The notes beneath the pieces were generated by a model. It did no database searches. It was not told the DNA's origin and saw nothing but the letters and a program-made list of their open reading frames with translations. Positions 30,639 through 39,747 of a stretch of 64,000 bases of DNA are shown piece after piece (within the stretch, counting starts at the first letter, position 1; every line of letters starts with the position of its first letter). Location of the stretch: assembly GCA_910589315.1 (NCBI GenBank), contig CAJUTB010000012.1, positions 960-64,959 of the forward strand, in the 5' to 3' direction. The stretch comes from an uncultured Oscillibacter sp. Its GTDB lineage: Bacteria > Bacillota > Clostridia > Oscillospirales > Oscillospiraceae. The translations under genes were made by a program, and so were the position numbers.

Positions 30639-31424
30639 TTAAAGATTCAGATTCAGCAGGTTGCTCCAATTCTGCTCCGTCTTTACCAGATTTTCCGTAT
30701 CGCCGCCGAAGGCTGTATTATAGCTGTTGTACCAGCTTTGGAGCAGCGCGGGGTCCATATCGTGCTGGATGAACAGCCGCAGCTCTGCCCGGACCGGACG
30801 TCCGGAGGTGGAAAACATCGTATAGCGGGCCTGCAACGTATTCAGGCGGCCGGTAAATACAAACTGATTCCAGTGAAAGCCGATGTTCCGCGTGCGGGGA
30901 TTTCGCAGGGCGGCAATCAACGCCTCTACCTGTCCCTGTACAGAGCGCTTTTTCCCTTGAATCGTCTTGACCGCATTGAGACCGCCCTGAAGCGTCAGCC
31001 CCGCCGTGAATTTATCCCACATAAAGGCGTCGCAGGTCTGCATATCGTCGAAAACCAGCGTCGCCGCCAGGCGGATTTTTGCATCCTCCACCGCCATGGT
31101 CCGGCTTCGCCCGGAGGCCGCGTCCAGTTCTCCCTGGGGGACGGCAGAGGCGTTGACGGTCAGCTGGGAAGGGTTGAACTGTACCCGAAGAATTCGTTCC
31201 CTGCTGCCGGGATAGACCGGCGCGCTTCCTGTACGCAATGTCTGCGCCGTCGCGGAAAGCACGCTCCCCATTGAGAAGCCCCGGGAAGTCTCTGCGGAAA
31301 CCTGAGAGGTCGGATTCGGCGACGGCGCGTCTCCAATCTCCCGCTGATCGTAAATCTTCAAAAGCGCCGTCTCCACATTTCCGCTCAGCGAGGCCAGCGT
31401 CTGTCGGCCAATGGTCATTGCCAT
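30639..31424 (-). CDS. CIS tube-initiator-like protein (Afp7/CIS_tube-like), paralog 1
   Basis: VQFNPSQL...LVFDD...FHWNQFVFTG.LNTLQARYTMFSTSGRPVRAEL. Confidence 0.8.
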   Translation of the reverse strand: MAMTIGRQTLASLSGNVETALLKIYDQREIGDAPSPNPTSQVSAETSRGFSMGSVLSATAQTLRTGSAPVYPGSRERILRVQFNPSQLTVNASAVPQGELDAASGRSRTMAVEDAKIRLAATLVFDDMQTCDAFMWDKFTAGLTLQGGLNAVKTIQGKKRSVQGQVEALIAALRNPRTRNIGFHWNQFVFTGRLNTLQARYTMFSTSGRPVRAELRLFIQHDMDPALLQSWYNSYNTAFGGDTENLVKTEQNWSNLLNLNL

Positions 31425-31451
31425 ACGTCATCCCTTCTTTCCCGCTGTTTT

Positions 31452-33953
31452 TCAGAAGCGTCCCCGGCGGCTCCGTTCCGCCTGCAAACGCCGCTCCATC
31501 TGCCGGTAAACCTGATCGGTAATCGTTCGCATCTGCCGCGACAGGGCGCGGTTTACCAGCTCGGTAATGTCCTCCGTGGTCCGGGCCGTCATCGTTCGCT
31601 CCAGCTGTGTCACGTCCGTTTCCCGAACCTCCCGCCGGGTTATTTCCTCCCGGTGTTCCGTCTCTGCGGTACGGCGGGTCCGCTGGGTTTCCATCCGCTC
31701 CAAAAGCTCCTCCGCGGTCTCTGTCCGCCGGTGAACCGTCTGTACTGCGGGGCGCGGCATTTCTGCCGGCGGCGGTACGGCAGGCCGGACCGCCGGAAGC
31801 TGCCGGAAAAATTCCAGCACGGTTTCCGTCTGCTCCACCCTTGCCGGCGGCTCCATTTCGCCGGGATGTTCCAGCTCCGCCGGCTCCATTTGCAACGCCC
31901 GCTGCAACTCCGCATGAAGCGCACCCAGGTTTCCCGGACGCAGCAGCCCCTTTGCCATAGCGGCTTCCGGATCTTTTTGATACAGCAACACCGCTTCGTA
32001 CAACGTCCGGTCCGATGGAGCGGCTTGTTTCAAAAGGGCTGTTTCCTCCGGCGTAAACGCCGGGGCCGTGTGTTCCCGCCCGCTCTCCGGGGCTGGCAGC
32101 AGCCATTCCAGGGCTTCCGGTTCCTCCAATGCCCGCAGAGCGTCCCGCATCGTGCGGCGCAGGTCTGGACTGGCAGGGGGAATCTGTTCCTGTTTTGCTG
32201 CCTCCTGGCGAATGGCCTGCTGCAAATACCGGTTATGCTGGTCAATGCGCTGCAACACCTCCAACAATGTCTCGGGGGCCTGGATTTCCGCCTCTTGGGG
32301 CGTCAGCTCCAACGGCGGCGGGTACGGCGCAGGCGGCGGCGGTAAGAATGCCGTCCCGCCTGGATGCAGCGGCGCGGCGGACTCCATTTTTCCGCCAGAC
32401 GGCGGCGGAATGGTCCGCAATTCCTGACGCAGTTCCCGCAGATGCTCCGCCGCGAAAAACCGCGTTTCACTTTGACGGACAAACCGTTCCACCGTGGGCC
32501 TTGGGGGCCACAGCCGCTGGATTTCCCGGCTCTGCAAAAACGTTCGGAATACCCGTTCCTGCGTCTCCCCGTTCCAACCGGCGGCCTGGGTCCGGACCGT
32601 TTCGCGTTCAGTTCGGTACAGCGGCAAAAGCCGCGGAGAAATTTCAGTTTCCTGCGTCCGCAGTTCCCGTAGCGTCTCCTGAACGCTTCTTTTGCTTCGC
32701 AGAATCCGCAATGCCTCCAGCCGGCGGTCTCGCTCTGTCGAACGGACTTCCATCCGTTCCCTGCCGGGCAGACTTTGCAGCGTTTCCCCGTCTTTCTCCG
32801 GCTCCTGCCGGACGATATGCGTCAGGGAAAACAGATTTCCGCCCGCTTCCGGCGGCAGGAACGGCAGGAAAACCGGTTCCGCCGCCTGGGGGTTGATCTG
32901 CGCCCGTAATGCCTGGTAAATCCGCAGTTCTGCCGCGTAACGGTTCCAGGCGGCCTCCGCGGCCTGTTCCAGCGTCCGCAGGGCGGGCGGAGACTGCGTG
33001 TGGTAGCTCTCAAAGCGGCTGAGACTGTTTTCCGCCGTCTGCCGCAGAGCGTTTTCCAGATACATCCACTGTTCCCGCAAAAACTGCGGGCGGTTCAACA
33101 CCACTGTCAGCGCGTTGTCCACCGCGGTTATCAAAAGCGCGGCGGCGGCCTGGGTCAAAACCGCCTCCTCATTCTCCGGCGGCTCCAGCAGCGTCCCCGC
33201 CTCGTACCGGTTCAAATGATGCAACAGCTGCACCTGCGTCCGCTGGTACAACGCCTGCTGGTTCTCCACCAGCGACACCGCCCCGCTGAACCGCAGCTGT
33301 TCCGCTATGCGAAGCTCATGGCGGTGAAAATGGGTTTCCCCCGTCCGCCAGCTCTGGTGAAACGCGCAAACCATCTCGTACAAATTCGCCGTGTCCAAAC
33401 GGCGCAGGATACTCATACACAACGCCGTCCGCGGGTCCTCCGGACGGGGCGGGGCATCCTCCGCCGCTGGAAGCGGCAACGCCGGAACCGGCTCCCCCGC
33501 CTCCCGCCGTTCCACGTACCGGGCCAGCTCCGACCGGTACAGCGAAAGAAGATGGAACGTGCTCTCGCTCTCTGTCCGCAGCTGCCGGACCTGGGCCATA
33601 AACTGGGCGGCGTCGGAAATGCCCAGACGGTTCAGGACCGTCGTGACATACACCTGGTCCTGATACGTGAAGGACTCCGAACCATCCAGGAGAATCCGGT
33701 TGATCACATGGTTGACCACATCCAGATTCAGACTTTGTACGTCGATTTTTGTCTGCTGGTCCACCAGCGTGGTCATACTGCCGCCCTCTGCCGGAAGCTC
33801 CGGCGGCGCAGCCAGAAGAAACAGCAGTTCTTCCGGCGCAATCCGCGCCCCGAACAGGCCGTAATTTCCCTGGATTTTTTCGCTGAACACCTCCGCGCCG
33901 CAGGTCAGGGGCTGACTGATATGCGTGGGAATCGGACCTTTCAATGTCAACAT
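31452..33953 (-). CDS. Large CIS-associated helical/Pro-rich protein, tape-measure candidate
   Basis: 833 aa, helical and low-complexity, lying between tube and Afp7-like genes; ends ITDQVYRQMERRLQAERSRRG, a C-terminal motif I recall from proteins in other eCIS loci. Confidence 0.6.
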   Translation of the reverse strand: MLTLKGPIPTHISQPLTCGAEVFSEKIQGNYGLFGARIAPEELLFLLAAPPELPAEGGSMTTLVDQQTKIDVQSLNLDVVNHVINRILLDGSESFTYQDQVYVTTVLNRLGISDAAQFMAQVRQLRTESESTFHLLSLYRSELARYVERREAGEPVPALPLPAAEDAPPRPEDPRTALCMSILRRLDTANLYEMVCAFHQSWRTGETHFHRHELRIAEQLRFSGAVSLVENQQALYQRTQVQLLHHLNRYEAGTLLEPPENEEAVLTQAAAALLITAVDNALTVVLNRPQFLREQWMYLENALRQTAENSLSRFESYHTQSPPALRTLEQAAEAAWNRYAAELRIYQALRAQINPQAAEPVFLPFLPPEAGGNLFSLTHIVRQEPEKDGETLQSLPGRERMEVRSTERDRRLEALRILRSKRSVQETLRELRTQETEISPRLLPLYRTERETVRTQAAGWNGETQERVFRTFLQSREIQRLWPPRPTVERFVRQSETRFFAAEHLRELRQELRTIPPPSGGKMESAAPLHPGGTAFLPPPPAPYPPPLELTPQEAEIQAPETLLEVLQRIDQHNRYLQQAIRQEAAKQEQIPPASPDLRRTMRDALRALEEPEALEWLLPAPESGREHTAPAFTPEETALLKQAAPSDRTLYEAVLLYQKDPEAAMAKGLLRPGNLGALHAELQRALQMEPAELEHPGEMEPPARVEQTETVLEFFRQLPAVRPAVPPPAEMPRPAVQTVHRRTETAEELLERMETQRTRRTAETEHREEITRREVRETDVTQLERTMTARTTEDITELVNRALSRQMRTITDQVYRQMERRLQAERSRRGRF

Positions 33954-33974
33954 AAGGGCCTCCTGCCTGCGGTA

Positions 33975-35021
33975 TTACGGCACAGCGGGTTCTGGCGGGG
34001 CTGGTGGTTCCTCCACCACCGCCTGGGGGTTCGGCCGGGCGGCTTCCGCCTCCTTCAGCAGGCTTCGGGCCGCTGTCAAATACTGCTCCAATTCCCGAAC
34101 CTGCCGCTCATGGTATTCCGTCTGCTCGGCGTACTTCTTGACCTGCTCATAGCCTGCTTCAATTCCAGAAATGTCGGAATCCGGCATGGTTTGCACCCGC
34201 TCGTTTTCCTGTCTGCACAGGTCATGCTGCGTCCGGCAGTTCTCCTGGGCCTCGGCCGCGCTCGCCTTCCGGAGAGTCAAATTCGAAATGCTGTTTTGGA
34301 TGCGGTTTTTCAGCCCCTGGACCTCCGGACCGCTTTCCCCCAGCGACTCCCTTGCCGCGTTCAGCTCTCCAAGCAGCAAATCGATTTCCGCCGCGTCATA
34401 CTCCGTCTCCGCTTTCTCCCGGGCCGTCCGCGCCCGGTCATACCAATCCTGCGCTTTGTTTTTCAGCTCCGGTATGTCCTTTTCCGTTGTGCCGGCATTG
34501 GTGGGCAAGGTTTTTATGTCCTTTGGAATGTCGTCCCCCACCTCGCTCCAAGGAATATCCACGCAGAGCATCTCCCGATACCCCAGAGTCGTCGTCTCCA
34601 CCAGGAGGCCGGATTGATCCGCCGACAGGTCGCCGTAGGTCTTTTTCATCACGGTACAGCCGGTAAACACGTAAGTCCGCGCCACTACGCCGGGAATGAA
34701 CTGGTCATGATTCCGGCTCACAAACAGCAGCACCGGAAGCGTCAGATCCGCCCCCAGCGGCATCGGGTCCATGTAATCCACGCCTACATACCGGTCAATT
34801 TCCAGGGTAAAGGGCCGCGTGATGGGCTTGCGCCTCATATGCACGTAGTCATTCAGGCCGCCTTCCTGGATGAAGTCGTATTCCAATTCCCGGCTGAATG
34901 CCCGAATGCTCTTGCAGGGCAGGTCGTAGAGCATTTCCACCCGCAGCATGAAGTTAAAGCTGACCAGCGGGTTTTTTCCCTGGTTCCATACCAGCCAGTT
35001 CTGATCGGTAATGCTTGCCAC
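33975..35021 (-). CDS. Tail tube protein (gp19/Afp5-like) with long C-terminal coiled-coil extension
   Basis: NPLVSFNFMLRVE...YDFIQEGGLNDYVH...YGDLSADQSGLLVETTTLGY tube pattern in the first ~160 aa; the rest is charged helical sequence with a Pro-rich tail. Confidence 0.75.
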   Translation of the reverse strand: MASITDQNWLVWNQGKNPLVSFNFMLRVEMLYDLPCKSIRAFSRELEYDFIQEGGLNDYVHMRRKPITRPFTLEIDRYVGVDYMDPMPLGADLTLPVLLFVSRNHDQFIPGVVARTYVFTGCTVMKKTYGDLSADQSGLLVETTTLGYREMLCVDIPWSEVGDDIPKDIKTLPTNAGTTEKDIPELKNKAQDWYDRARTAREKAETEYDAAEIDLLLGELNAARESLGESGPEVQGLKNRIQNSISNLTLRKASAAEAQENCRTQHDLCRQENERVQTMPDSDISGIEAGYEQVKKYAEQTEYHERQVRELEQYLTAARSLLKEAEAARPNPQAVVEEPPAPPEPAVP

Positions 35022-35039
35022 GTCCAGACCCCTCTCCCT

Positions 35040-35246
35040 TTATTTCCCGAATTCCAAAATACTCTTTTCCTGTTTCCCCGAGGGATTCAGCCGGCTGTTG
35101 ATTGCGGAGATTTCTCCGCACCAGCGACGGCGGCTGGCATGGTCCAGCTCCAGCACCTCGCCCGCGCTCCAATGGAAATAGTAGGAAATGAAGCTCATCT
35201 CCCGATACAGCTCATCCTTTGGATACAGCGTTATCCCTCTCGCGTA
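35040..35246 (-). CDS. DUF6760-like small ORF (gpT-like), probably the -1 frameshift extension of the upstream chaperone; absent from the ORF track
   Basis: Manual translation: YARGITLYPKDELYREMSFISYYFHWSAGEVLELDHASRRRWCGEISAINSRLNPSGKQEKSILEFGK*; YP.D.LY.E..FI.YYFHWS..E.L.L.H..RRRW..EIS.IN is the DUF6760 pattern; no ATG before the conserved YP motif. Confidence 0.8.
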   Translation of the reverse strand, partial: YARGITLYPKDELYREMSFISYYFHWSAGEVLELDHASRRRWCGEISAINSRLNPSGKQEKSILEFGK

Positions 35247-35593
35247 AAATTTATGGGAACCTCAAAGATTTTGCCGCAGTCTGGACACACGGCCCGCATC
35301 GTGGGCGGCTCCACGTTGTTAATGCGCTGGTACATATCCTGCAAAAAGGCCAGGTCCGCTGTGAAAAAACGCTCCACTATGGACGCGGCCACCACGTCGA
35401 CCCCCTCCAGCTCCGTGATGACCGAGGCCAGGACCACAATGGTCAAATAAGAGGGGTTCGACAACACGCGGGGATCGCGGGTCGCCATGATCTCATCCCC
35501 GGCGGTGGCAAGACGCATCTTGCCACGCCGGTGGATGTTCCCCTGCTGGTCTACAAAGCCTTTTGGCAATTCAAAATCGTATACCGTCGTCAT
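35231..35593 (-). CDS. Tail assembly chaperone-like protein (gpG-like) with C-terminal CxxC
   Basis: FELPKGFVD..G..HRRGKMRLATAGDEI....DPRV..NPSYL...LAFLQDMYQRIN...CPDCG; directly downstream of the major tube gene. Confidence 0.8.
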   Translation of the reverse strand: MTTVYDFELPKGFVDQQGNIHRRGKMRLATAGDEIMATRDPRVLSNPSYLTIVVLASVITELEGVDVVAASIVERFFTADLAFLQDMYQRINNVEPPTMRAVCPDCGKIFEVPINFTREG

Positions 35594-35605
35594 ATATCCT
35601 TACCA

Positions 35606-36109
35606 TTAAGAGGGAATGACCAATTCTTCGTATGCAATTTCCACCGTCTCAATGGCAACCTCGCTGGTGGAGGCGTTGAGATCGGGACCGCTGTATTTGC
35701 AGACCCAGGCGTCTTTCAGCACCCAGAGCGTGCTTCCCTTGGTGGTCTCGTACGTCGAGCTGGGGGATTCGGGCCGGATATCCAGCAGCTCAATGGTAAC
35801 GTCTTTCCGGGGCATGGCCCCGCGGATCTCGCTGACACACTCCTGAATCCACTTTTTGAAACCATTGCCGATGGTGTAGCCCATGCGAAGCGTAATGTTG
35901 CCGTGCTTGACCAGGCCCGGGATCTTCAGGGGGGCCAGGGAGTGGGCGTTGCCCTGGCGGAACTCGATCACGTCAACGCTGGCCTCAATTCCCGTCGCCT
36001 CGCTGAATGCCGCCATTGCCCCGGTCAGCTCCGGCACGGATACCAGGAAATTCATTTTGGTAAGCGGATAGACCAGACTCCTGCTGTTGGCCTCATAATT
36101 CGTCGCCAT
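35606..36109 (-). CDS. Major tail tube protein (T4 gp19/Afp1-like)
   Basis: YPL..MNFLV...FSEATGI..DVIEFRQG...KIPGLVKHGNITLRMG...WVLKDAWVCKYSGPDLNA..EVAIETVEIAYE; start 36109 or 36115. Confidence 0.93.
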   Translation of the reverse strand: MATNYEANSRSLVYPLTKMNFLVSVPELTGAMAAFSEATGIEASVDVIEFRQGNAHSLAPLKIPGLVKHGNITLRMGYTIGNGFKKWIQECVSEIRGAMPRKDVTIELLDIRPESPSSTYETTKGSTLWVLKDAWVCKYSGPDLNASTSEVAIETVEIAYEELVIPS

Positions 36110-36212
36110 AAACATTCTCCTTTATCGTTAATCATGCGTTGAGCTTCCTCCCGGGAACCCCAACCAAAAGAGCTTTCTCACACAGCCGCCTGGAAGCGGC
36201 TTCCGGGGAGTC

Positions 36213-37922
36213 TTATTCCTCCCCGCCGCCTCCGCCGTTTTCAGCGGTGAACTGCGTCACGCGGAAAATCACAAATTCCGCCGGACGGCTGGGGGCAATG
36301 CCGATTTCGCAGATCAGCCGGCCATTCATGATGTCGTCCCGGCTCATGGTGTTGGGGCCGATGTCCACGAAGAACGCCTCTGCCGGCGTCTCGCCCGCCA
36401 GCATTCCCGCCCGGAACATATTCTCCAGGAAGGAGGCGACCGTCATCTGCACGCGGGACCACAGCGAGGCGTTGTTCGGCTCGAACACCACCCAATTCGT
36501 CGCCGCTTTGATGGACTGTTCCACATAGATGAACAGCCGCCGGACGTTGACATATTTGAAGCTCGCATTGGAACTGGCCGTCCGCGCCCCCCAGACCCGG
36601 ATGCCCTGGCCCGGCAGAGCCCGGATCAGGTTCACGCCCGCCGGGTTCAAAATGTCCTGCTCGCCGTTGTTGTAGCCCACGGAAAGGCCGGTGCACTGCA
36701 CCGCTTCGTTTGCCGGGGCTTTGTGGACACCGCGGGTCACGTCGGTCCGGGAGTACACGCCCGCCACCGCGCCGGAGGGCGGCACAAAGCCGGGCTTCCG
36801 GGTCATGGGGTCGAAAATCTGAATCCAGGGATGATACATCGCCGCATAGCTGGAATCCACGATGCCGCGGTATTCCAACAGGTCGTTGACCTTTACCTTG
36901 CCGGCCGGGATGTCCAGGATGGCAAACCGGTTCTGCTGGTTCTCACAGTGAGCCGTCAGGGATACGATCACCTCTGGGATGGTTACGCCGGGGATGGCAA
37001 TGATGCTGGCCGTCGTGTTCTCAATGAAGGACTGAATTCCGGTCCGCTTGCCGGGGCCGCGGTCCTCGCCGATGTATGTCCCCGCGTCGACGGTATCCAT
37101 ACTGCCGTCCGCGCCGCCGGTGAAGGAGAGAGAACCTGCGGTCTTTCCCTCGCCAAAGAGCAGGGAAACCGGGTTTGCAAGCTCCGGCGCAGCCGCGGAC
37201 TCCTCCACAGCCACCAGCTCGCTAGACCGCAGGCGGTCCGGCAGATAGTTGGGGGAGACGGGGTTCAGGTTCACGCCGGAATAGGTCTCCGTTTCTCCCT
37301 CGTACCGGATGATAACGTCCATCTCCACGGAATACGCCACCGCCTTGGGCACCAACGCCGTATCCACCGGGTCTCCGGCAAACGCCTGCTCAAAGGTCAC
37401 GCTGTTCTCGTAAACGCCTGCAATCCGGTTCAGCTCGCCGTTGAAGTCCACCAGATCGCCCTCGGCAAAGCCCGCCGTGTTCTTGGCGATATACACCAGG
37501 TCGCTCTCCTTGGCGGTAAGCTGCATTTTCCGCTTGTTCGTGGTGGTGAAGGTCATGAGAATCCGATTGCCCCATTTGCCCTCGTTAGCCGCCCGCAGGA
37601 TCAGACCGCCCGCCTGTGCGCCGGCAATCTTCGCGTTGCTGGGAATAACGCGGGTCACAAAGCAGCGCGTGCCGCCGTTGGTGAAGAACTGCTCCACCGC
37701 ATAGGGCAGATACCGGTAATCCCCGTGGGTGTACTCGCTGAGATAGCCGCCGAACTGCCGCTGAAAATCCGCAAAACTGGTCACCAGGGAGGGCGCGCCG
37801 ATGGTGGGGCCTTTCACGGTCATGCCGATAAAACCCGCAGTGCTGGTGCCAACGCCTTCGATGGCACGGGGGGAGGATTCGTATTCCTCCACATATACGC
37901 CGGGAGACAGATATTCAGTCAT
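36213..37922 (-). CDS. Contractile tail sheath protein
   Basis: YLSPGVYVEE, FFTNGGTRCFV, NRFAILD, PPSGAVAGVYSRTD..RGVHKAPANE, WGART, YVNVRRL, VFEPN, PAEFVIFR. Confidence 0.97.
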   Translation of the reverse strand: MTEYLSPGVYVEEYESSPRAIEGVGTSTAGFIGMTVKGPTIGAPSLVTSFADFQRQFGGYLSEYTHGDYRYLPYAVEQFFTNGGTRCFVTRVIPSNAKIAGAQAGGLILRAANEGKWGNRILMTFTTTNKRKMQLTAKESDLVYIAKNTAGFAEGDLVDFNGELNRIAGVYENSVTFEQAFAGDPVDTALVPKAVAYSVEMDVIIRYEGETETYSGVNLNPVSPNYLPDRLRSSELVAVEESAAAPELANPVSLLFGEGKTAGSLSFTGGADGSMDTVDAGTYIGEDRGPGKRTGIQSFIENTTASIIAIPGVTIPEVIVSLTAHCENQQNRFAILDIPAGKVKVNDLLEYRGIVDSSYAAMYHPWIQIFDPMTRKPGFVPPSGAVAGVYSRTDVTRGVHKAPANEAVQCTGLSVGYNNGEQDILNPAGVNLIRALPGQGIRVWGARTASSNASFKYVNVRRLFIYVEQSIKAATNWVVFEPNNASLWSRVQMTVASFLENMFRAGMLAGETPAEAFFVDIGPNTMSRDDIMNGRLICEIGIAPSRPAEFVIFRVTQFTAENGGGGGEE

Positions 37923-37983
37923 AATTTTTTTGATTCCGGAGCCTTTGCCGGAACCGTCCTCCTTTCAATTTAACGCAATGCTT

Positions 37984-38367
37984 CTATATGATTACGGTGG
38001 TTTGCCCGGGATTCACAATCGTGATCGCGCCGCCATAGGCGCACATAATCTGCCCGTCGTTGGTCAGAACCGGCTTGCCGCCCACCTGGATCTTTCCGGG
38101 GCAGATCCAGCCGCCCGCCGGGGCCGGTACGCAGGGCTGGGGCGTCAGAACGCCCAGCGCAGCGGCGGTGGCCGCGGCAACCGCCGGATTTGCCATGGAG
38201 ACGCACATGCCGCAGGGCGTAATATTGGTCATTGGCGCGGCGTCCGCAATGCTGGCGGCCGGTTTGCCGCCGATGCGGATGGACATCTGGTTCGTCGGCT
38301 GGATTTGACCGGGGGCCATTCCCATAGTGCACATACAGCTCGCACCTGCTACAACCGGAATTCCCAT
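37984..38367 (-). CDS. DUF4280 PAAR-like spike tip protein
   Basis: VVAGASCMCTMG...NITPCGMCVSMANPAVAAATAAALGVLTPQPCVP...W...CAYGGAITIVNPGQ; ATG 38367 with GGAGG RBS. Confidence 0.92.
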   Translation of the reverse strand: MGIPVVAGASCMCTMGMAPGQIQPTNQMSIRIGGKPAASIADAAPMTNITPCGMCVSMANPAVAAATAAALGVLTPQPCVPAPAGGWICPGKIQVGGKPVLTNDGQIMCAYGGAITIVNPGQTTVII

Positions 38368-38368
38368 A

Positions 38369-39094
38369 TCAATCCGCCTCCAGCCGGGGGGACGCCCGGA
38401 AATCAACGGTCTGGAAACGCGTTTCGCCGCCGGACTCCCAGCGGACGTGCCACACGGCCCGTTCCCCCTCGTCCCAGACGCGCAGGCAGTACCGGCCGTC
38501 CGGGTCCGCACGGCCCAGCGTCATCGGACTCACGGGGAAATAATTCCGGAAGGGCATCTCCAAAACCCGGTCCGTTTTTACGGTCTGCCCGTCCGTCATG
38601 CGCACAATCCGGAAGGGTTCAAACACGCCCCGGTCCGGGTCTACGAGGGCGTAATGAAGGCGGTCCAGCGTCAAACGGTGGGGATTAAAGAGCTTCGCCT
38701 GACGCTTCCGGGCATCAAACTCCCGCATCAGGCACCCGTTGTCCCCCGCCCGCACGGCGGACAGGGCCGTAATGCCCGGCAGGGTTCCGGACAGCGTGAG
38801 GAGTCCCTCGCCCCCGCCGGGGATCATATGGATCTCCAGCAAGGGGTATGCGCGGTTCAGCGCGTCCAGGTCCACATCCGCCCGGACCTCCTCGAAGTCC
38901 GGCGCGGCGGCTTCCAGACGGAATTGCCGCCTTCCCAGATTCTGGAATACCAGCACGCCGCCTTCCTTGACGCCGAACCGGACGGGCGCGCCGTCGATTC
39001 GGACCGCCGGATTCCGCACGTTCCGGCCCGAGGCGGTGTCGATCAGGCGCAGAGCCAAATCCAGGCGGTGAGTAAATACCAGCGTTTTCTCCAA
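38369..39094 (-). CDS. Hypothetical CIS protein next to the cap gene (beta-sandwich-like)
   Basis: ORF packed between DUF4255 and DUF4280 genes; LRLIDTASGRNV and GRADPDGRY segments resemble carboxypeptidase-regulatory-like domains. Confidence 0.6.
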   Translation of the reverse strand: MEKTLVFTHRLDLALRLIDTASGRNVRNPAVRIDGAPVRFGVKEGGVLVFQNLGRRQFRLEAAAPDFEEVRADVDLDALNRAYPLLEIHMIPGGGEGLLTLSGTLPGITALSAVRAGDNGCLMREFDARKRQAKLFNPHRLTLDRLHYALVDPDRGVFEPFRIVRMTDGQTVKTDRVLEMPFRNYFPVSPMTLGRADPDGRYCLRVWDEGERAVWHVRWESGGETRFQTVDFRASPRLEAD

Positions 39095-39688
39095 TCATCC
39101 ATCCCCCCTTCCGTCCAGCATATTGATGGTAAACTGCGCCTCGGTGACTCTGGGCGGGTCCACCACAATCTCGCTGGAGAGAAATACCGGCGCGGCTTTG
39201 TAGAAAAGACTCACCTGATACGGCTTGTTGATCGCCGACCAAACACGAACCTTATCCTCCAGAGAAATCTTAGCCGGCGTGAACACCACCGGCGGCTCCG
39301 GAGTTTCCAGCCAGCTTTGCAGGCGGCGCGGGTCCACGGAGTTTCCGTCGTTGATGATCTGCGCCGCACGGCCCAGGATTTTCTGGGTGTCCGCCGCTTT
39401 CAGACCCATTTGGGACGAACCGTTGATAAAAAGCATATAGTACAGGCTGTATGGCCGGGGAGGACGCCGCAGGCGGGTCCGGCCCGTGCCCATCAGCGAG
39501 GGAATGGAAACCTCTCCCTCCTCCCGGATGTCGTATAGATACAGCCCCAGAATGTAGTCCACGTCCTGCTCCGCTGGAGAGGAAACGGAAATGTTATTGG
39601 GCGACGGAATCGGTTCCGGGCACATTTTTTCCCGAAGAATCTTTACCATGTGCTGGGAAACGTCGGCTATTATCGGATAATCCGCCAT
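39095..39688 (-). CDS. DUF4255/Afp16-Pvc16-like tail terminator (cap)
   Basis: IIADVS..MVKIL...ISVSSP...LGLYLYDIRE...LYYML...QKILGRAAQ...VWSAINKPYQVSLFY. Confidence 0.88.
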   Translation of the reverse strand: MADYPIIADVSQHMVKILREKMCPEPIPSPNNISVSSPAEQDVDYILGLYLYDIREEGEVSIPSLMGTGRTRLRRPPRPYSLYYMLFINGSSQMGLKAADTQKILGRAAQIINDGNSVDPRRLQSWLETPEPPVVFTPAKISLEDKVRVWSAINKPYQVSLFYKAAPVFLSSEIVVDPPRVTEAQFTINMLDGRGDG

Positions 39689-39747
39689 GGCACATCCTTT
39701 CTCCGCGCCTCAGCCGGCGGCGGTTCTTTTCAAACGCTGCATCCATT

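Noticed and set aside
33000..35450. 816-aa plus-strand ORF and other long antisense ORFs (e.g. 2015-3514, 41029-42561, 44113-45813, 53819-55270)
   Set aside because: Shadow frames opposite well-supported genes in GC-rich DNA; no motifs.
21190..39688. Prophage
   Set aside because: No capsid, portal, terminase, integrase, replication or lysis genes; DUF4255 and the Afp15-like ATPase point to a CIS.
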